DNA of 21,537 nt from Octopus sinensis (Eukaryota): contig NW_021823727.1 of NCBI RefSeq assembly GCF_006345805.1, forward strand, positions 1 to 21,537. The letters run 5' to 3'. Made by a program: the position numbers and the translations under genes. A model generated the notes under the pieces. The model saw nothing but the letters and a program-made list of their open reading frames with translations. It was not told where the DNA came from and made no database searches. Numbering within the stretch: the first letter of the stretch is position 1; each line of letters begins with the position of its first letter. Positions 1 to 11,969 of the stretch are shown here, piece by piece.

Positions 1-460
1 TGTATGTATGTATGTGTATATGTGCGTGTGTGTGTGTGTGTGTGTATCTACGTGTATTAATATGTGTGTGTCAGTAGCATTTGGGTGTACATATTTATAT
101 AATCAAATATAAACATATTTGTGGCTTGGCTTACGTATATTCCTATCCATTATCCCCCTATGTGTAAGTGAATACACACGCGCACACACACATAACACAC
201 AGAGAGATACACAGACGGGCATATATGTATGTTTATATAGTCAATAGATGAGATCCTGAAATTTTCGGTACAGAAAACACTTAGTAGCGCTCAAATGATT
301 GGAACTTAGACTCCGATTTGTTTACGAGAGACCAATTTCCACGGGGTAAAGAGTGATTATAAGAGAAATCAAGGTGAGCAGATATGGACACGATTATGCA
401 GATAAAGAAATTAGCTCTGGTACATACATAACAGCTTGGTTTTTAAATGCAAAATTTTGA

Positions 461-914
461 TATATGTATATATACAAACAGAAAGAACGCAAAAACTGAA
501 GACTTCCAGGCTATTACTATTTGAGTATAAATATATAGGTATATATATATATTTAATAGATCAAACTCGCACAGAGTAGAAACGACAGAGAAAATTAACG
601 GGGAAGTCCAATAGCTGTTTCTGGGGGCTTGGAGAGCTATTATAATATTAGTAGGTATAGTTCACCACAATATGAAGGCCATAATGGAAGCAAATAAATT
701 GAGCTTCAGTTATCAGGGTATAAAAAGATCTTAGATTTTTAGCTATTGGACGTAAACCGTCTTACTTCTTCCCCTTTAATTTCTCTGTCGTTTGTACTCT
801 GTGTAAGTATGATCTATCAATACAAACACCTATATATTTATACTTAAATATTAATCTTCTGAAAGTCTTCAATCTTTGCCTTCGTTCTGTTGGTATGCAT
901 ACACATATACATAT
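461..914. repeat. Imperfect long inverted repeat (fold-back / MITE-like), arms about 471-616 and 741-896
   Basis: Arm 1 blocks agtataaatatataggt, cacagagtagaaacgacagagaaa and gtccaatagct reappear as near-exact reverse complements (acctatatatttatact, tttctctgtcgtttgtactctgtg, agctattggac). Identity is roughly 75-80% by eye; spacer about 125 bp. Confidence 0.8.
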
Positions 915-953
915 TTTCTATTTCATATTTAATTTGCTTATTCGCATAATTAC

Positions 954-977
954 TTCTCTCTCTCTCTCTCTCTCTAT

Positions 978-1020
<43 letters not shown>

Positions 1021-1077
1021 TCAAATGTGTGTGTGTATATATATATATATATAGATAGATAGGAGAGAGAGAGAGAG
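954..1077. repeat. Compound microsatellite (TC)n-(TA)n-(TG)n-(GA)n
   Basis: Directly visible dinucleotide runs. Confidence 0.95.
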
Positions 1078-1242
1078 ATCGCTAGCCACTGCACGTTCTT
1101 TATTTTCTGTGTTCCTTTCTGTGGAAGAGCGTAGGCTCGAAACGTTAAAGACTTTTTCACTTCCCGAGCGTTAAACTAATACATCTGTTGGTTGTCTACA
1201 CCACCTGTCTTCAGCTTTTGTTTTATTTTCGTGAATTCTCCC
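1078..1242 (+). mobile_element. PLE-type terminal repeat (pLTR) fragment carrying a hammerhead motif
   Basis: Lies between microsatellites and ends at (TA)n. It has the same hammerhead, pyrimidine tract, GAGCG, taatac layout as 10578-10779 and 17660-17935. Confidence 0.6.
1115..1150 (+). ncRNA. Minimal Type I hammerhead ribozyme motif, variant core (A6 to U)
   Basis: cttt-CTGTGGA-a-GAGC-gtag-GCTC-GAA-ACGT-T-aaag: stem I cttt/aaag, stem II GAGC/GCTC, palindromic ACGT stem III, GUU site. The core reads CUGUGGA instead of CUGANGA. Confidence 0.7.
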
Positions 1243-1254
1243 TATATATATATA

Positions 1255-1291
<37 letters not shown>

Positions 1292-1395
1292 GCGTTCTCT
1301 AGGGGTCAATATAGCAGTATCGTCTTTTCTTAGTGAATACCAGTATTTAGCTGGCGATAAATACACACACGCGCGCGCGCGTACATATATATATA

Positions 1396-2000
1396 CAAGG
1401 CGTTCGCTCTAGATTTGATAGTTTGCATGAGAGGAAGCGAAAACAACAGCCTATCCATAGATAAGTCTACATTAAAATATCAGACAATATCAACTAGATT
1501 ATTGCTGGGAGATAACACTTTCCTTAAAGTGACCGCTCTCAGCTTCCACTATAGATTCAAGATGTCTTCTGAACCTGGCGGACGTGTTTCTCTCTGTCCA
1601 TCTGGGAAGAACTTCGAACAACTCCTTCATCTTGGCCAGCAGACAAAGTGGGTGCTGGCCTTCACAACCGCTCATTGTAATATAAAGAATTACAATCGGG
1701 GGCAATTAGGAGGCTAGAAATTGGGGATGGTGAAGTAGAAATTCTTCGACAACCTTTTTTCCGGGTTTATGATAAGGGACCAAATCTTGCTCCCAGACAT
1801 ATGTCCTTCCAGCAGCACTCCTCTGCAGCCAGGATTTGACCACGTCTCCAACAGCTTCACATATCCCTCTGAATTCAGCCTAGGACTCTGTTCAAGGATA
1901 TGAGGATGAACTCAGATGTGCAGATGCAGTCAAAACAACTTGTTTCCCTTCCTGCAGGCTGCGGTTTCGTTGTCTTTGTTGCATCTGTCCATGCCATGTC
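1396..2000 (-). mobile_element. Tc1/mariner-superfamily DNA transposon remnant (transposase 3' half plus one end)
   Basis: Minus-strand translation across frameshifts gives RLNSEGYVKLLE..VVKSWLQR..AAGRTYVWEQD..PYH, then NF*PPNCP/DCN (the WPPxSPDLNP motif), then LLAKMKELFEVLPR..ARFRRHLESIVEAESGHF, typical of the DD(E/D) catalytic C-terminus. One end abuts TA (ta|caaggcg at 1396); the other TIR was not found. Confidence 0.85.
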
Positions 2001-2019
2001 TACAGTATATATATATAAT

Positions 2020-2050
<31 letters not shown>

Positions 2051-2171
2051 TGTTATGCTTGATTAGTAATGCTAATAACCCTTTTAACAATAGGCACAAG
2101 GCTTGAAATACTGTATGGGTGAGCTATTTGAATACATTGATCACAATACTCCACTGACCCCAAATTTTATG

Positions 2172-2310
<139 letters not shown>

Positions 2311-3218
2311 ATATGTGTGAGATGTATGCGTTGGCTTGGGTTCTCTGGTGCTTCATGGTGTCAAAAGTGACCTAGCATATGGCGTGTTAGTGTTGTTTCC
2401 CTACCCACACTTTTCTCTGGGTTGGACCATGACTGAAAGAGAGAGAGAGAGAGAAAGAGAGAAAGAGGGGGGGGGAGAAGGCAAAATATTTCATCATGTT
2501 ACAAGGCTGATACCTTATTTATCGATTCGATTTCGAAATTATGGGAAACGTATTGGAATTCGGTAGGGTTTGAAATTGCCGTGTAGACAGCAAAATAACT
2601 TATCCAACACTCGGCCAGCTGGCCGCTGTATGCGTTTGCATGCATACATACAAATGTTTATATGAGTATGTGTGTGTGTGCGTGTGTGAGTGAGTGTGTA
2701 TGTGTGGTGTGTGCCTGTGCTAAAATTGTAGAAATGTATATAAATATAATTATAAATGGATACGCCTAGAGAATTTTATTGTAGACGACTTCTTATCTTG
2801 ACATAGTTCGTCATTTTCAGATTTATGGAGAATAAATATATGTTGTTGGTGTACCTACCTCACTTAAAGAACATTAATAATTTAGGGAAAATGCTTTCAA
2901 TATGGACTGAAAACCAAATAGATGGTTTTGGTAAATACGAACTAATTTTCTAGACTATAACGGCAGTTACATGATGCAGCCATGTTTGTATGCATATCAG
3001 AAATGAGATAAAGATAGTTTGTGATACGGTAAAATCAATGCTTTCCATCATGAGCAACGCATGTGATATATGTATGTATGTATACATGCAGATTTGTATG
3101 TTTTGTTTTATGTATGTCTTCTCATGCATATAGTTGCTTATCTAGACATGCTCATATATAAGAAAATGATAAACTTCTGGAAAGTTTTACAGACTTTTAC
3201 AGTTCCAGTGATGTGTGA

Positions 3219-3245
3219 ATGTATGTATGTATATATGTATGTATG

Positions 3246-3279
<34 letters not shown>

Positions 3280-3344
3280 TGTATGTATGTATGTATGTAT
3301 GTATGTATGTATGTATGTGTGCGTGTGTATGTATGTGTGTATGT
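3219..3344. repeat. (TATG)n tetranucleotide microsatellite
   Basis: Long gtat run, pure to about 3316. Confidence 0.95.
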
Positions 3345-6300
3345 GCACTTCATTCTAAATTCTGTGCGTATCTTTGTTAGATTGATTATTCGAATTTAAA
3401 ACAGTCAATCAAGAACTTTTTTACTATCTTTCTTACTTTCTTTCTTTCATTCTGTGCATTTTTTTTCGTGTATCATACCGAAACTACAAATTTAATTCTA
3501 TGTATTTTCCAGACAATAGCAGTTTCTATATACTCGAGGAAACTCATCAAAATTCACTTTTAATAAATAATTTTCATCACATAAAGGGATTCTTGCTTTG
3601 GACAACGTATTTTTCCATCCTTGAAAATTATGAAACAAATTTTCTTGCAACGGTTCCTCAAGAAAACTTGCACAACTCATAACAGAGGACACGATTATGA
3701 TTCCAAATCTAACATTTCACAATATTCACTGAATTTTATTTAAGTATTCTTCAATTATATATACATATTTCACAACTTTTCACATAAAAAACAGTAAGTT
3801 TAAAGTTTTCCGCGCAATTACTCTTAGTTAATGATACAGTGACATTGAGAATTGGACGATCTAAGAAGTTGTCAAGCAGAGTCGTAATCCTTGCGGTTTT
3901 AGCTATCATCCACTGAGCTACATCAGGGCAAATACCGATGAGTCTACAGATTTCCCAAACATAACTTTACTTTGTAGAACAAATCTGATCCTTTTATTTT
4001 TCCGTGAAGCAATTCAAGACCTATAAGTTCTTAAAGACGCTAATATTTTCATTAATTACACTTTGAAAATAATTTAACTTGCCTGTATATATATATGTGC
4101 CCGTAGATTCGACCGAAGGTTAAGAAAACAAAATACAACTATAGAAAAAGCCTTTCAGTTCTATGATTCATATAACAGTTTATTTTGACAGAACAATTTA
4201 TTCTATTTTCGTTCGATATTCCTATCGCTTAGACATGTGGCAAATATTTGGAGATGGGTCTAATAATTACTTCTTGTCCAATGCTAAATCAATATCGTTG
4301 CTAAGTTTTCGCGGTTCCCAGCAACTCTGGAAACTGCTCATATTTTGCTCATATTTTTCTTCCTTTTTCTTAATCATATTTTATGAATCCTAAACTAGGT
4401 TCAGTTCTCAGTTTAATGTTGTATTTTATGGCGTCTCCCATGATATCTTTCATTATGCGAGGAACTATTTTACAAACAATGTATAACGGTTTACCTATTC
4501 ATTCAGCCTACTTTCTCAATGTTCATTGAATTCATGTTTTCTGTGTGTTTTCTTTTTGCTTATTTTCATTTGTACTGTGATGGCTAAAGCAAAAGAAGAG
4601 CTAAAAAGATGCATAAACACAAACGTGTTCACAAATTACGAATAACCACTCTCTAAGTAAGGTTGTTAACTGCAAACTAACTGGCAAAAGCTGCAATAGA
4701 CAATTATATATTGGACAATTATTATGTATTGAGCAATTATGATCGAGTGTGCAAAGTCCATTTCTAATCGTTCTGTCTGTTACTTTTTGAGGATGCACCT
4801 TTTTTTACATTTCTTTGCTATACGAGAATTTGACGCATGAGTTGGGGAAACCAAAAAATATGATTCATAACCCTTAAATTTATATAAAATATTTTTAAAA
4901 CCAGTCCTATGTGATAAAACTGACAACATTTAGCTAAATCAAATCAGCGTAATATATAGCCAAAATAAGATAGAGTATATTGTACGGAAAAATTCTAGGG
5001 AAGTGAGTGAACTTATTTGAAATAAGTAGGTACGATTTCTTACTTTGCTTTTTGCTTTTACAGGAAGAGAAAAGAGAATATTAGACTAGTTACCATTCTA
5101 ATCTAACTGCGTCAGATATAGGTAATGGAATATTTTTCCTTTCTCTGAACTAACAAAATATTTACAAATATATTCTATACTTAATTCATTTGTCGGTGTT
5201 TCTTTCCTGTATGAAATATTTTCTCAATGCTTAAGAAGGAAAACATTGTTAATATTTTCAATAAGATATAATTAGCTAATCTCCATCTGTTATCAATATA
5301 TTATCTATCAATAAGACAGTATGTTGGCACAAACAGCAGATGGCTAGAATAAATGAGCTATGGAACAAGGTTTTTTCTTAATCTGTTGCAAGTACCTCAT
5401 TGGTATCTCATTGGTATATACGCTGCCGTCTCTCTTTCCGTAGAATCGATACTTACTTTTCATTGAGCATTCAATCGACATCCTATACTACTCTCTTCCT
5501 ATACTAGAGTCACATCCTATACTACTCTCTTTAATATGTCTCTTCAGATCCATCTCACAAAAAAAAAAATCTCACAACTCAAATTCCTATATGGTTCACA
5601 TCAACCAAAACCCACCAGAAGATGTTCCCCTGTCGTTATATATATCATTCAATAACAAATATATATCGTTAGAAGAATATAAAAAAAAAGAATCAGAGAA
5701 AAAGATATGCCTTAAACCGCAGTCATGTAGCAATTTCAAAGAACCCTAAACAGCTGCTTTTCCGGCAATTAATCGAACAAATCTTCTCATTTCTTTTCGG
5801 CATTAATTGGGGCCAGTGAAATATATTCAATCCTTTAACCAAACAACACGTTCTAGTCAGACTTGCATACCGAATATCTTTTAAGTACTACAGCATTAAT
5901 ACTATACTATCCACAGGAAGTATTTCTTTAAATCGGACAAGTGATATTAAATGCCACAAATTTCAAGAAGCCTAACAATATTAATGGAACATTCCAACTG
6001 AAACAGCCTTTAAAATACAATAACAACATATTTCTATAAGATATAGGAAAGAAAAAAGATTACGCTTTATGGAAAATTGTTGCATGGTGAAAGGAAAAGT
6101 GTCGTTTAAAGGAATGAAAAATCATGCGAGTTTATTTCACAATTCTTTACCAAAATACATTTTCCATATATATTGTAATATCTGTGTCTACACAAATTAG
6201 AAAGTTAAAGATGGCAAGAATTTAAGCCATACGTTAGGGAATATAGGTTCCTCAAAAAGTGAAAACTGACATTTTATATCGACTTTGAAGATCCGATGTT

Positions 6301-6543
6301 TACATAAGAAGTCTAATAGGAATTACTGTATAAACTTGAATCGAAGAACAATAGTTCTTAATTCAAAGCCAAGTTTATTTCTTTCTTGTACAACATTAAA
6401 CGATGAATAGTCAAAATCATATAAATATACCTAAACACAAGCAGACACACATACATATGTACGTACAGTACATATAGTAGTATATACATACATACATACA
6501 ATGCATATAAAGCCTTATATTTAGACGGTACTCAAATACATAC

Positions 6544-6620
6544 TGTGTGTGTGTGTGTGTGTGGTGTGTGTGTGTGTGGTGTGTGTGTGTGTGTGTGTGC
6601 GTGCGTGCGTGTGCGTGCAT
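6544..6620. repeat. (TG)n microsatellite
   Basis: Directly visible, with tgg interruptions. Confidence 0.95.
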
Positions 6621-7408
6621 GATTATGTTCCTTATGGATTCGAAAACTGAGTTGCCGATTTTGACATATGATGTATAAAAAGATTCAGTAATTTTTCAGC
6701 TACCAAATACAGTATGTTTTTTGCACAACTCTTTTTTACTACAGAAATAACCTCGAAAACGAAGTCGTGTTGTACAATTCTCGGGTCTTTAGCTAAGGGA
6801 GTCAACTCTGCCTGAACAATTCTTATGTCTTAGATAGAACATAATGGGACAATATTTAAAATACATGGAGCTTTACCAGGGAATGAAACTTCTAAGATAT
6901 ACTCTCAACTTCATTAGTATTACTTAGTAGATAATCTTTTAATTTGAAGTATGTTTGTCTGTATTTTGTTTAGCCCAGAGTTGCCTCTGATGTAGCAGAC
7001 TCATTGCATACTTTTTTCTTCCTGAAATACTGTAAATCTGTGTCTTTCTTTGGAGGAAAGTGTATGTTTTAAGAGGGATTTGGCTGCTACTTGTAGTTGC
7101 TCAAGGTGCCACAGAGACCCCTCTGTGTATGTGTGTGTTTTGTTATGGTGAAAAAAACCCCACTTTTTCATTGAATATTTTGCACAATAATTTTTAAAGA
7201 AATCTAGTAATTTTTCTTACTGCTAACCATTCAACTTCAATTTACAATAGTTAATTGTTGGAAGTCAGGCAGACTGAGATGTACATATAATGTTACCGTA
7301 CAGTGTGGAAGTTCAATACGAAGTTTTGAACTCATTATCTTATGGGGAGAATCAGCACCTTATTACCTTAAATTTGAACCCATTAAGTCTTTAAACATTA
7401 TTTTACTG

Positions 7409-7545
7409 GGTTTAGTCTTTCGACTGTCACCATGATGCGGTATCACCTTCAAACATTTAATTGATCATACTGACCTCAGTATGTATTTCAATCTGGCATT
7501 TATTTTATAGATCTCTGCTTGATGAACTTTGAGACATAGTGGGAC
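7409..7545 (-). mobile_element. Degraded SINE 3' portion
   Basis: The reverse complement (gtccc..cagagatctataaaataaatgccag..actgaggtc..catggtgacagtcgaaagact) resembles the body of the SINE family at 8972 and 16349 and an octopus SINE as recalled. Highly diverged. Confidence 0.45.
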
Positions 7546-7597
7546 ACAATACTCGATTTAACAACAAATGAAACACGCCCACACATTAGATGTAAGA

Positions 7598-7764
7598 ATG
7601 ACTGTGTGATTGAGAAGTTTGCTTCCCAACCCAACCATATGGCTCCACGTTCAATCCCTCTGCATGGTACCTTAGGCAAGTGTTTTCTACTATAGCCCTA
7701 GGCCAACTGCAGACTTGTGACTGAATATGGTCGATGGAAACTGTTTATAGAGAAGAGTCGTATG
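7598..7764 (+). mobile_element. tRNA-derived SINE with CORE-like central domain
   Basis: A-box-like tgactgtgtgat, B-box-like gttcaatccc, then ggtaccttaggcaagtgttttctactatagcc, resembling the MIR/CORE motif accttgggcaagt. Confidence 0.65.
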
Positions 7765-7859
7765 CTTCATACTCCCTGTGTGCCGATTCTGCTTATAAGA
7801 AGGGAACAAATAATACAATGTAGCTGTGAGTCATAATACCCAGGCAACGCCGGGCTGCA

Positions 7860-7991
7860 TTGTTAGTGTATATACAAATATATATATTCACATATATGTG
7901 TATGCGTATATTTCTAAGTGTATATATGTATATGTTTATACATACATATATATATGTTTGTGTGTGTGTGTGTGTGTGCGTGTGTGTGTGC

Positions 7992-8027
<36 letters not shown>

Positions 8028-8090
8028 AAGTATATATGTATGTATGTATATGTATATGTGTGCATACAGACACATACACATACATGTAGC
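7860..8090. repeat. Compound (TA)/(TG)/(TATG) microsatellite
   Basis: Directly visible. Confidence 0.9.
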
Positions 8091-8569
8091 ATATTCTCCT
8101 TTTAATCAACTTTTAGCTTTCTTTTAGCTTTTTGTATTTTTCTCATTTCAAAAATCTCTATAATTAATAAGTTTTACTTGATATGACTTAAGAATGAAAT
8201 CATATAACGGATGTTGTATGGTCGTATTTATCATAAATACGTATACTACAGTAGAAACTTGATGCCATTTGCTTATAAGGTAGTCTGAGCGTTATTGTGA
8301 AAATAGTGTACTTTTATAGCAAGTAACTTCAGAGGTCAGGAAACCGCAATTCCTGGAAGTACTATTCTTGAATACAACATAGGCTTAGCGATCTGACATC
8401 GTTTTGATTTGTTTCTGAAGGCGGATTTGCCTAAGTTTTGGATTAGCTAGAAATTGTGTCTAGAGCTTTCCTACTGTCACGTGTAGTTAGAATGATGCGT
8501 GTATAAAGTTATACTGTCTTGTGTTAGATTTTTGAGTATATAGTGTAGTTTTCGAATCTAATGGTTTGA

Positions 8570-8760
8570 AAATGAAGATAATGAAGATGAGATGGAAGCA
8601 GATGAGGAAGATGATTGACGATGACAATGATTGTGGTGATTAAGATGCTGACGATGACGATAAAGATCAACGACGAAGAGTACAACGATGACAATGACAA
8701 ATACGATAACGACAGTGATCTTGATGATCACACTAGCTATTATGATGATATAAGATGTCC
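8570..8760. repeat. Degenerate (GAT/GAC)n triplet low-complexity tract
   Basis: 3-bp periodic gat/gac/aat units; the Asp-rich translation contains stops (tga at 8616, taa at 8641). Confidence 0.75.
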
Positions 8761-8971
8761 TCCACAGAACATGCGAGACGCAGCTCAATTCAAGTGCGGT
8801 AGAAATACAAGATTATCTTGTATTGTTAAAGATAATCTTTCAGACACGCACTATTAACTCGTGGAGGATTTAGTGGAAATGGTGTTAGAAAAGTATGATA
8901 GAGTTTGCGACAGAGAAGTGGATTGGCTGTTACAGATCTTTTTTCCTTTCGTTATTATAATAATTATTATT

Positions 8972-9150
8972 AGCGTAGTGGATTGCCAGAATCCTTTGAG
9001 CAGTGGGCAAAATATCTTGCGGTATTTAGTTACGATTCTTTATGTTCTCAGTTCAAACCCCTTTAGAGGCCAACTTCGCCTTTCATCCATTTGACATCAA
9101 TAAAATATAGTACCAGGTAAGTATTAGGATTGATTTTATCGATTAAATAC
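8972..9150 (+). mobile_element. tRNA-derived SINE
   Basis: Head gccagaatc..gcagtgggcaaaat, B-box GTTCAAACC at 9051-9059, conserved-domain-like gcctttcatcc..ataaaat.agtacc. Aligns by eye with the copy at 16349. Confidence 0.7.
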
Positions 9151-9641
9151 TTTGGGTTGCATAGGTTTAGATGTTAGTAATGGCGGACGGGTATTGCTAA
9201 TGGTGTAGTGGTCATATAGTTCTTGCTAATTGTATAGTTGTGATTGTTTAGTTTGAATCAATCCTCACATACCAAAGATCAAAGACCATTCAACTTTTAA
9301 GAAACAGTAGGGTAACATAATATATGTTTTTCTTTGAAGTGGATTTGTTTATCTTCTTCATACTACGTAGTACTGTTTTTGGTGGTGGTTATGTTTGTGT
9401 TGATGATAGAAACACACAAGCATTCATACATACACATATACACACATACATACATACACATTCAAATATACATATATGTGTATATACACATATACATACA
9501 CACACACAGGCACACACATTCACATTCTGTACAATACATATACATGTGTGCATGTACGTGTGTAACGTGATTTGAAATAGTTCGCTATATACTTTGATGT
9601 TAACTAAAACGCAAATGGCGACTCAGATAAGAAGAAAGTGA

Positions 9642-9669
9642 AGTTTTAAATTGTTAACAATTTAAAACT
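9642..9669. repeat. Perfect 28-bp palindrome
   Basis: agttttaaattgtt|aacaatttaaaact. Confidence 0.9.
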
Positions 9670-9807
9670 ACGGAATACGAGTAAGAGCGAAATTACAAGT
9701 TGTATCCCGAAAGTAATGGTCACACTTTACAATTTCTGTAAGCTCAAATTTCCGTAAACTAAGGTGGTCGTAACACAGGCGATGCCTGTATAAACAAATG
9801 CATATGC

Positions 9808-9962
<155 letters not shown>

Positions 9963-10654
9963 ATTAACTTTTACATTTAAATATATTAAACAGGCGAAGT
10001 TGACCTCTAAAGGGGTTTGAACTAAGAACATAAAGAATCGTAACTAAATACCGCAAGATATTTTGCCCACTGCTCAAACGGTTCTGGCAATCCACTATAA
10101 TAAAGAAAGGAAAAAGATCCGTAACAGCCAATCCACTTCTCTGTTGCATATTCTAAGTCAGAGAAAGAGAGCATGACGGGTTCATTCCATCTGGTGTCTC
10201 TACAGTTGCTAATTTCTCCACTAAGCTTCTGCAGCTTACAAACATATACGTATAATAAATAACATATATCTGTGAGGTAAAAGAAATCCATTACTATTAA
10301 TAGTGCGTAACAAATGTTTATTCATATACAACGCATAGCACTCATTGCATCCGATGACTAAGACACATTGACCAGCTTTCTCATACAGACACACACATAA
10401 ACACATACACACACACGTGAATATATATGTGTATATGTCTATGTATATATATATATATATAATGTACACATAGGTGTGTATGTATATGCATTACCAACCT
10501 TCCTGTCTCCACTCTTTTGGCTTTAAAACTTACTTTGCCCTTGTTTTCCAAAACTTCCGGTCTTTCAGCATGTGTACTTCGTAAACACCAGTCGCGTTTT
10601 TTCCCCTCTTTCGCCCACATCGGGATCTTTCTTTCTTCTTCTTCCTTCTCTTAT

Positions 10655-10689
10655 GTTTCCGACGAAGAGCTCCGCTCGAAACGTCATAC
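10655..10689 (+). ncRNA. Minimal Type I hammerhead ribozyme motif (U4 to C variant)
   Basis: gttt-CCGACGA-a-GAGC-tcc-GCTC-GAA-ACGT-C-atac; GUC site at 10685; stem I gttt/atac has one mismatch. Confidence 0.7.
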
Positions 10690-10826
10690 CCTCCTTCTTC
10701 CATTTTCTGAGCGCCTAATAATAATAATACTGTAATTGTTCCACGTGTTGTTGTTTTTTTGTTTTCCCGTTTGGATTAACCTATATATATATATAATATA
10801 TAACATATATATATAGATATCTATAT

Positions 10827-10887
<61 letters not shown>

Positions 10888-10986
10888 TTAATTTTAATCC
10901 AAACGGGAAAACAGAAAAAACAACAACACGTGGAACAATTACAGTATTATTATTAATAGGCGCTCAGGAAAGATGGAAGCAGGAAG

Positions 10987-11021
10987 GTATGACGTTTCGA
11001 GCGGAGCTCTTCGTCGGAAAC
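10987..11021 (-). ncRNA. Minimal Type I hammerhead ribozyme motif (U4 to C variant), inverted copy
   Basis: Exact reverse complement of 10655-10689. Confidence 0.7.
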
Positions 11022-11119
11022 ATAAAGATGGAAGAGAGAGGAAAGAAAGATCCCGAGGTGGGCAAACAGAGGGAGAAAAAAAAAAACGATGGTGTTTACG
11101 AAAATATATATATATATAG

Positions 11120-11160
<41 letters not shown>

Positions 11161-11231
11161 ATATAAATATATGCATATATACATCCATATATGTACGTAC
11201 CTACATATATATGTATATATACATGCATATA

Positions 11232-11629
11232 TAGGTACAGGACATAAAAAAACGTTGAACACAACGAGAAATGAAAACATAAAAGCAAAAACATAGAAAA
11301 CGAACTTTTTATGAACCAAGAAAAAATACAAACAGAGAAACGAGACATGGAACATAAAGAATATTCCCCTTCATCAGTTGTCCCTGTTTCATCTACTCCG
11401 CGTTTGAAGGCAAGGACAATATGCGACTTCATTGAAACAGTCCTTCCCGCATTCCTGAAGACAAGACGTGCTTATACCTGTCTCCTCTTATAGCTCGTCC
11501 TCCTAACGTTCATAATAATTTTTCTATCGTCTTGACTTAACAGCCCTCACTGTTTGTTTTTACTGTCTTGTTTTCACTGTCCTGTTCTTGTTACCACTTT
11601 CACACTTTTGTTGTCATTTGTTGTTGCGT
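11232..11629 (-). mobile_element. Probable PLE 3' UTR / terminal region downstream of the GIY-YIG ORF end
   Basis: Contiguous with the end of the endonuclease ORF on the minus strand and ends at a (TA)-rich tract. Confidence 0.5.
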
Positions 11630-11831
11630 TCAAAAGTGGTCTGTATTTTGTGATAAAGAACGACTCTTAACTAATTCGTGGCTACAGGTTGTAACGACCC
11701 TGAACTGATAGAACTGATAGCTTGGATTTTTGTTATTGACGCAAATGTCGATGTGTTGGCTGAATGCTATTTTTCTGTTTTTCGGAATTTTGATCTGGGA
11801 TCTGTGCAGAGTCATCCTTTGACGTAGACTG
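11630..11831 (-). pseudogene. PLE GIY-YIG endonuclease, C-terminal half
   Basis: SLRQRMTLHRSQIKIPKNRKIAFSQHIDICVNNKNPSYQFYQF; after a frameshift, *ESFFITKYRPLLN, matching the PLE end motif E..FI.K..P.LN. Confidence 0.85.
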
Positions 11832-11965
11832 TAGGATATGCGTTAATTTAATTGAAGGATCAGAGTTCTCCTTCAAACAGGGACTTCACATGTGCCTCGG
11901 AGAACCTGATATATGCACTAACCTGCTCTGGTTGTCAAGAGCAATACATTGGCCAAACAAAAAAT
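11826..11965 (+). pseudogene. PLE GIY-YIG endonuclease, N-terminal half (inverted relative to the C-terminal half)
   Basis: CRICVNLIEGSEFSFKQG, then a frameshift/deletion, then RDFTCASENLIYALTCSGCQEQYIGQTKN: the linker CxxC, LIY..CxxC..YIGQT (GIY-YIG) motifs. Confidence 0.88.
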
Positions 11966-11969
11966 CATT

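Larger units (their letters stand above)
10578..11102. mobile_element. Tail-to-tail inverted pair of PLE-type terminal repeats around a (TA)n tract (arms 10578-10779 on +, 10894-11102 on -)
   Basis: Arms of about 200 bp, roughly 85-90% identical as reverse complements, each with a hammerhead motif; spacer 10780-10893 is (TA)n. Confidence 0.85.

Noticed and set aside
3498-3692. Overlapping non-repetitive ORFs on both strands
   Set aside because: About 60 codons each, no recognisable homology, no convincing splice pair; expected by chance.
5478-5530. 19-bp direct repeat acatcctatactactctct x2
   Set aside because: Simple slippage-type duplication; not an array, no spacers, not CRISPR-like.
6940-7130. 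Resemblance to a recalled octopus dispersed repeat (gatttggctgctacttgtag)
   Set aside because: Too degraded to define boundaries or class from this sequence alone.
8558-8857. Asp/Glu-rich acidic protein segment
   Set aside because: Degenerate GAT triplet tract with in-frame stops and no splice or domain support.
11365-11450. Possible further hammerhead on the minus strand (ctgatga-agggg; caatgaag..ttcaaacgcg)
   Set aside because: No matching stem II plus GAAA can be assembled from the actual sequence.
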